A stretch of 64,000 nt of DNA from Prevotellaceae bacterium. GTDB lineage: Bacteria; Bacteroidota; Bacteroidia; Bacteroidales; Bacteroidaceae. Position numbers and translations under genes: made by a program. Shown here in pieces: positions 59,412 through 64,000 of this stretch; within the stretch, counting starts at the first letter, position 1; each line of letters begins with the position of its first letter. The notes under the pieces were generated by a model. The model was given only the letters and a program-made list of their open reading frames with translations, was not told the DNA's origin and did not search any database. The stretch spans positions 36,659 through 100,658 of the forward strand of contig JAHZGX010000034.1 of assembly GCA_019420585.1 (NCBI GenBank), read 5' to 3'.

Positions 59412-60446
59412 TCAACCTCCAATGAAATTGACCTCCGGATGCAGGTCTATGCCGAACTTCATGCGCACAGCCTGACGTACGGCATCACACAAGGCCAGAA
59501 TGTCAGTGCCCGTGGCTCCTCCGCAGTTCACCAGCACCAGAGCCTGCCTGTCATGCACAGCGGCACGACCTAGGGCACGACCCTTCCAGCCGCACTGTTC
59601 AATGAGCCATCCCGCAGGCACCTTCACATGTTCCTCATCCACATCATAATGTGGAGCCTGGGGATATTCGGCGCGGATGCGCTCCCACTCCTGCCTGCCC
59701 ACCACGGGGTTCATGAAGAAACTGCCTGCGTTTCCCCGCACCTTGGGGTCGGGCAACTTGGCCTGACGCAACTCAATAATGGCCTGACGCAACAGAGTCG
59801 GCGTGACACGCTCCGCATCAATACCCCGTGACTGAAGCATAGAGCGCAACGCGCCATAGTCAAGATGCGGGCGAAACGTACGGTGCAGCCGGTAGGTCAC
59901 GTGTGTAATGGCATACTGCCCACGCAAGGCTCCCTTAAACACACTGTGTCGATAAGCATAGCCACACTGCTGCCTGTCCCAGGAACAGGAAACGCCCGTG
60001 CTGAGGTTCACACCCTCAACGCGCTCTATCACGTCCTGCACCTCCACACCATAAGCACCTATATTCTGCACGGCCGATGCACCCACTTGCCCGGGAATAT
60101 GGGAAAGGTTCTCCAGTCCATGCCACCCGCTGGACACAGCCTCGGCCACCCATGCATCATGCTCCATGCCGGCTCCCACGCGCACCAGCACGTCATCCCC
60201 CCGGCTCTCCAACAACGTCACGCCGCCTATACGGGAGTGAAGTATCATACCGGGGAAATCGGAGAGGAACAGGAGATTGCTGCCTGCACCCACATGGAGC
60301 AGTGGCAATCCGGCATAAGCCGAACGGTAAAGGTGCAGCGCCCGGAGCAGTTCCTCCTCGCTGTCATACGTCACAAGCACCCTGGCCTGCGCATTGATGC
60401 CGAAAGTATTGTAGGGAAGCAGTGAGCATTGTTCGTGTATCTGCAT
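59412..60446 (-). CDS. murB: UDP-N-acetylenolpyruvoylglucosamine reductase
   Basis: 344 aa; N-terminal LLPYNTFGI, FAD-binding GAGSNLLF, GSFFMNP, and C-terminal PEVNFIG. Confidence 0.9.
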   Translation of the reverse strand: MQIHEQCSLLPYNTFGINAQARVLVTYDSEEELLRALHLYRSAYAGLPLLHVGAGSNLLFLSDFPGMILHSRIGGVTLLESRGDDVLVRVGAGMEHDAWVAEAVSSGWHGLENLSHIPGQVGASAVQNIGAYGVEVQDVIERVEGVNLSTGVSCSWDRQQCGYAYRHSVFKGALRGQYAITHVTYRLHRTFRPHLDYGALRSMLQSRGIDAERVTPTLLRQAIIELRQAKLPDPKVRGNAGSFFMNPVVGRQEWERIRAEYPQAPHYDVDEEHVKVPAGWLIEQCGWKGRALGRAAVHDRQALVLVNCGGATGTDILALCDAVRQAVRMKFGIDLHPEVNFIGG

Positions 60447-60478
60447 ATTATCCGATATTTTAATAGAAAGGGAGAACG

Positions 60479-61324
60479 TCAGTCCTCATAACTTGTCAAG
60501 CGCCACCCAAGCCCATCGTTAAGGAAGGTGAACACCTCCTGGAGCCCCGTACCCATGCCACATTTCTGCATGACCATGCGATGGGGAGTGTAACGCTGGC
60601 TGTACCTGATGTTGGTGATGACCCCACCGGGAACCTCCGGACAGAAACTCGTCCACTGGCTCGCGTCGATGGTTCCCTCAATGATGCTGACCTCGTCTTC
60701 CGTATCGTGGATGGAAACATGCAGTGTGGAAGCCAATGCATGTGCCTGGAAGGTACTGTCAGAGGAGAATCGGGAATAAAAGCGATAGAAATCGGAGAGT
60801 ACATCCTCGCCGAACATGCGGTCGGCCATGGAGGTCAGCAGCCATTTGCCGGCCAGTTGCTTAAAGGTGTAGGTACGCATGCACTCCGCCGACAAGTCCA
60901 CCCGATCCACATGCACCAGGCTGTCCAATTCACCATGTTCGGCCTCCAACTCACGCATGGAAGCGTAAAGCACGGTGTAATAATCACCACCCAGGAAGTC
61001 GAAACTGCCCACTCCCGCAATATCCTCAACGGTGGTCTGGGTGCCATCTGCCTTGATATAAGAGAGCGGGAATTGCGTTCGCTGCGCCTGCAGATGGGGT
61101 GAGCGCGTGAAGGTAAAGATAAAGTCATCAAACGAACCATCCACCCGATTCTCATCCACAGCCTCATCCATCTCTTCTTCCAACTCGGCCAGACTGTCTG
61201 GCATCAAGGTATCCTCAACCCACGTACTGTCCTGCAAGTCCGGTTCCTCAACCGTCCGGCCTCTCCCGCAGGAGGCTGCCAACAGCATGATGGCCAGCAT
61301 GCAGACCCATGTTTTACTAATCAT
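60479..61324 (-). CDS. lipoprotein of unknown function (DUF4348-like)
   Basis: Lipobox MLLAASC at the start taken at 61324. SFDDFIFTFTRSPHLQAQRTQFPL resembles the DUF4348 N-terminal block (assignment from memory). The ORF-track start at 61498 lies beyond the promoter box. Confidence 0.5.
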   Translation of the reverse strand: MISKTWVCMLAIMLLAASCGRGRTVEEPDLQDSTWVEDTLMPDSLAELEEEMDEAVDENRVDGSFDDFIFTFTRSPHLQAQRTQFPLSYIKADGTQTTVEDIAGVGSFDFLGGDYYTVLYASMRELEAEHGELDSLVHVDRVDLSAECMRTYTFKQLAGKWLLTSMADRMFGEDVLSDFYRFYSRFSSDSTFQAHALASTLHVSIHDTEDEVSIIEGTIDASQWTSFCPEVPGGVITNIRYSQRYTPHRMVMQKCGMGTGLQEVFTFLNDGLGWRLTSYED

Positions 61325-61351
61325 ACAGAAACAACTGCTTGATAAACGGGG

Positions 61352-61359
61352 CAAAAGTA
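61352..61359 (-). promoter_or_regulatory. -7 promoter box TACTTTTG (minus strand)
   Basis: The plus strand reads caaaagta, 28 nt upstream of the ATG at 61324. Probably drives the lipoprotein-murB-MBL operon. Confidence 0.45.
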
Positions 61360-61403
61360 CACTTATTTTTCCATATCGTAATCCGTTTTCATCAATAAAA
61401 GCG

Positions 61404-61411
61404 TACCTTTG
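61404..61411 (+). promoter_or_regulatory. -7 promoter box TACCTTTG
   Basis: Matches TAnnTTTG, 34 nt upstream of the pheS ATG at 61445. The ORF-track TTG start at 61409 lies inside this box. Confidence 0.5.
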
Positions 61412-61444
61412 CATGGAATTAGTAAAAAACATCACAGCAAGGAA

Positions 61445-62464
61445 ATGATAGAGAGAATACAGAAGATGATGGCCGAAATCTCCACGCTGCAGGCACACAA
61501 CAGCGAGGAAGTGGAAGCACTCCGCATCAAGTACCTGAGCAAGAAGGGTGAGATTTCAGCACTGATGGCAGATTTCCGCACCGTGCCTGCCGACATGAAG
61601 AAGGAACTGGGCATGAAACTCAACGAACTCAAGAATGCCGCACTTGAAAAGATAAACTCACTCAAGAGCAACGCTGCCACCGAAGAGGCAGCCGGCCCGC
61701 AGGTGGACCTCACACGCACACCCTACCCCATTGCCCTGGGTACCCGTCACCCGCTCACCATTGTGAAGAACGAGATTGTGGACATTTTCAGCCGCCTGGG
61801 ATTCACCTTGGCTGAAGGTCCCGAGGTGGAGGATGACTGGCATGTGTACAGCAGCATGAACTTTGCAGATGACCATCCCGCGCGCGACATGCAGGATACT
61901 TTCTTCGTGGAATCGCATCCCGACATCATCCTGCGCTCACATACCAGCAGCGTACAGGCACGTGTGATGGAGAAGGCACAGCCACCCATCCGCGTCATCT
62001 GCCCGGGACGAGTGTACAGGAATGAGGCCATCTCGGCACGTGCACATTGTTTCTTCCACCAAGTGGAGGGATTGTACGTAGACAAGAATGTCAGTTTCAA
62101 GGACCTCAAGCAGGTGCTTCTGCTCTTCGCTCAAGAAATGTTCGGCCCCGACACCAAGATACGTCTGCGCCCCAGTTATTTCCCCTTCACAGAGCCCAGT
62201 GCCGAGATGGACATCAGTTGCAACATCTGTGGCGGAGAAGGTTGTTCATTCTGCAAACACACAGGTTGGGTGGAGATTCTAGGCTGCGGGATGGTTGACC
62301 CCGCCGTGCTGGAAGCCAATGGCATCGACAGCAGCGTGTACACGGGATACGCCTTCGGCATGGGCATAGAGCGCATCACCAACCTCAAGTATCAGGTGAA
62401 GGACTTGCGCATGTTCAGCGAGAACGATGTGCGCTTCCTCAATGAGTTCCAAAGCGCGAACTGA
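61445..62464 (+). CDS. pheS: phenylalanine--tRNA ligase alpha subunit
   Basis: 339 aa. HPL..V...I..IF..LGF, HPARDMQDTF, RVYR.E..SARAH..FHQVEG, FPFTEPS and GMGIERI are the class II motifs. Confidence 0.95.
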   Translation: MIERIQKMMAEISTLQAHNSEEVEALRIKYLSKKGEISALMADFRTVPADMKKELGMKLNELKNAALEKINSLKSNAATEEAAGPQVDLTRTPYPIALGTRHPLTIVKNEIVDIFSRLGFTLAEGPEVEDDWHVYSSMNFADDHPARDMQDTFFVESHPDIILRSHTSSVQARVMEKAQPPIRVICPGRVYRNEAISARAHCFFHQVEGLYVDKNVSFKDLKQVLLLFAQEMFGPDTKIRLRPSYFPFTEPSAEMDISCNICGGEGCSFCKHTGWVEILGCGMVDPAVLEANGIDSSVYTGYAFGMGIERITNLKYQVKDLRMFSENDVRFLNEFQSAN

Positions 62465-62996
62465 AACAGGCTGTCAGGTACAAGACACCATACAGAAAAG
62501 GGATTGTGTCACCGCAGAAGTGACCTCGGCTCGTTCCGCCTGAGCATCAAAGGCAAACGGCAGTGCCAACGCCAATGAAGCCCGGCGGGACGGGTGCCAA
62601 CGCCATCAAGGCCGTGAACGCGCAGTTCACATGAGTACGGCTATGCGTGATGCCCTCTCCCCCTCCGGCGTGGAGTTCGGACTGCAGGAAGACATCAGTA
62701 ACGATTAGCCCACACAACGAATTGATAATCAACAGATACATAATTCCCTAATTGTCCAATAAGACACTTGGGGAACAACAATAATAACACTAAAAGAAAG
62801 AAGGAGGCCAAAGACAGACAGAAAATAAATGGAACGCAAAAGGAACAGGCACTCAGAAGAGCGTCATCCCGCAGGTTAAAACTTAAAAATCCGCTGCTCT
62901 GAAATGTGCGGCACAATTACAAACCGAAAGAGCGTTTCCATTCAGAAAACTTGAAATGAACAAATAAATAGATATTGAGCTTTTAGCTCTTGTTCT

Positions 62997-63124
62997 CTTA
63001 TCATCGAATACCGCCAATATTCAAACGTGTGAGGACAAGCAGACTGGAAGTTCACGCTGATTAGGCGTGGACTATTCTGTGCTTGTTACACGTGCAGGTC
63101 ACTTGGCGGTAACCCGATGATAAG
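62997..63124. other. 128-nt nested imperfect hairpin (candidate structured RNA or MITE-like palindrome)
   Basis: Hand-paired helices are 62997-63006/63115-63124 (10 bp), 63011-63017/63103-63109 (7 bp), 63025-63030/63088-63093 (6 bp), 63035-63041/63080-63086 (7 bp) and 63049-63057/63065-63073 (9 bp, with one G-U only on the plus strand). The apical loop is 7 nt. Confidence 0.8.
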
Positions 63125-63177
63125 GCAAGCAGAAAGAATGGTTGCACGCCTTTTTCGTATCTATTATTGAAATAAAA

Positions 63178-64000
63178 ATGGAACAAAACAATTATTTGAA
63201 ATTAGTATGGGTAACCGCTTTTATTGCTTTTGCCGCTGTGAGTTGCTGGGCGACATCAGAATCCCTGCATTTGTTATTGTCATCATGGCCAATAGCAATG
63301 TGTTGGGTGGTTTCTGTAGGCTTTTTCATTATTGCTGCATTGGGAACAAAAATGATTGTAGACAGCCTTAACCAGAACATTTACCTTGAAAAACGGGGCA
63401 TCCGTCTTGTTGGTGGTGTGCTTATAGTTCTTGTTTTCTGGCTTGTGTGCAGTATGCCTACCAACACACATACATTTTTCTACCGCACTGTTATAAATGA
63501 CAAGGTAAACACGGATATCTCAACCACTCGTGGGTACTTGGGGCAAATAAAAAATAACACCAACAATAAAACGCAAGCAACGATAAAAGTAAATGAACTG
63601 AAAAACAATATTGATGTTCTTTTAGGTGAACTGGAGGCTGAAATTAAGAACGAGGTAAATCCTGGATTTGGTTCAAAATCGAAAGAAATCTTAAGAAAGT
63701 TCGCCACTCTCCTTAGTGTAGACAAAGTTGAACCGCTGAGTTTCAAGGGTACTTCCAAACAAGACAGGGAGAAACTATGCGACGCATACCGTGCGAAAAT
63801 CTATCTTCTTACCGAAAACCGTGCTACAAACATCATGGCTCATATATTGTCGCCAAACGCAGACAATATAAAAGAGGTGAAGCGTGATGACGAGAATTTG
63901 GCTTTGGTAAAAAAATATATTGGTGACAAGACCATTAACCTGAATGATGCAGAAGATATAGAAGATGTGTGTGGCAAACTCAACACATCGTATAACACGG
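63178..64000 (+). CDS. hypothetical membrane protein with coiled-coil region; 3' end beyond the window
   Basis: Not in the ORF track because it is open-ended. My translation from the ATG at 63178 has no stop through 64000: MEQNNYLKLVWVTAFIAFAAVSCWATSESLHLLLSSWPIAMCWVVSVGFFIIAALGTKMIV...GIRLVGGVLIVLVFWLVCSMP..., which gives 3 hydrophobic segments, followed by a K/E/N-rich helical region (ATIKVNELKNNIDVLLGELEAEIKNE...). No family recognised. Confidence 0.5.
   Translation, partial: MEQNNYLKLVWVTAFIAFAAVSCWATSESLHLLLSSWPIAMCWVVSVGFFIIAALGTKMIVDSLNQNIYLEKRGIRLVGGVLIVLVFWLVCSMPTNTHTFFYRTVINDKVNTDISTTRGYLGQIKNNTNNKTQATIKVNELKNNIDVLLGELEAEIKNEVNPGFGSKSKEILRKFATLLSVDKVEPLSFKGTSKQDREKLCDAYRAKIYLLTENRATNIMAHILSPNADNIKEVKRDDENLALVKKYIGDKTINLNDAEDIEDVCGKLNTSYNT

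Noticed and set aside
63178-64000. Assigning the truncated membrane/coiled-coil ORF to a named defence family (for example ZorA-like or KwaA-like).
   Set aside because: There are no diagnostic motifs, only generic TM plus coiled-coil architecture, and no partner genes are visible inside the window.

Overview
The window looks like a Bacteroidota (probably Bacteroidales) chromosome segment. Supporting signs are TAnnTTTG -7 promoter boxes upstream of most operons, AT-rich leaders without Shine-Dalgarno sequences, CSDDD-type surface-lipoprotein signals, a TamB/TamL pair, and Fkp.

Layout:
- 1-16.9 kb: the 3' part of a large, tightly packed plus-strand surface-glycan locus (capsule or O-antigen type). 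It holds about 8 glycosyltransferases, a Wzy-like polymerase, 3 acetyl/acyltransferases, two unrelated kinase-like genes, two YjbH-like outer-membrane proteins and a surface lipoprotein. GC is clearly lower than in the rest of the window.
- 17-19 kb: a CAT-family acetyltransferase and a Bacteroides-type tyrosine integrase.
- 19-62.5 kb: ordinary housekeeping genes. These are glucosaminidase/LysM, ABC-F, grpE-dnaJ-folC, galM-transporter-galK, a CE4 deacetylase, tkt-rpiB, fabD, a GH13 amylase, a manC-gmd-fcl-fkp GDP-fucose operon, TPR-glnS, initiator tRNA-Met, tetR-fabG, rluA-like, a cyclophilin, tamB-tamL, a nucleotidyltransferase, MBL-murB-lipoprotein and pheS.
- From about 62.7 kb: GC drops sharply. 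A 128-nt near-perfect nested hairpin is followed by an open reading frame for a membrane plus coiled-coil protein that runs off the window.

I do not see a clear, complete, novel multi-gene system. The best leads are:
1. Two G9 homopolymer tracts inside a GT2 gene and an acyltransferase gene of the AT-rich glycan locus (candidate slipped-strand phase variation).
2. The two kinase-like genes embedded in that locus.
3. Tandem 23-bp and 22-bp repeat arrays that bracket the GDP-fucose operon.
4. The structured element and low-GC island starting after pheS, which is cut off by the window edge.

The many long ORFs antisense to housekeeping genes are codon-aligned shadow ORFs and were rejected.
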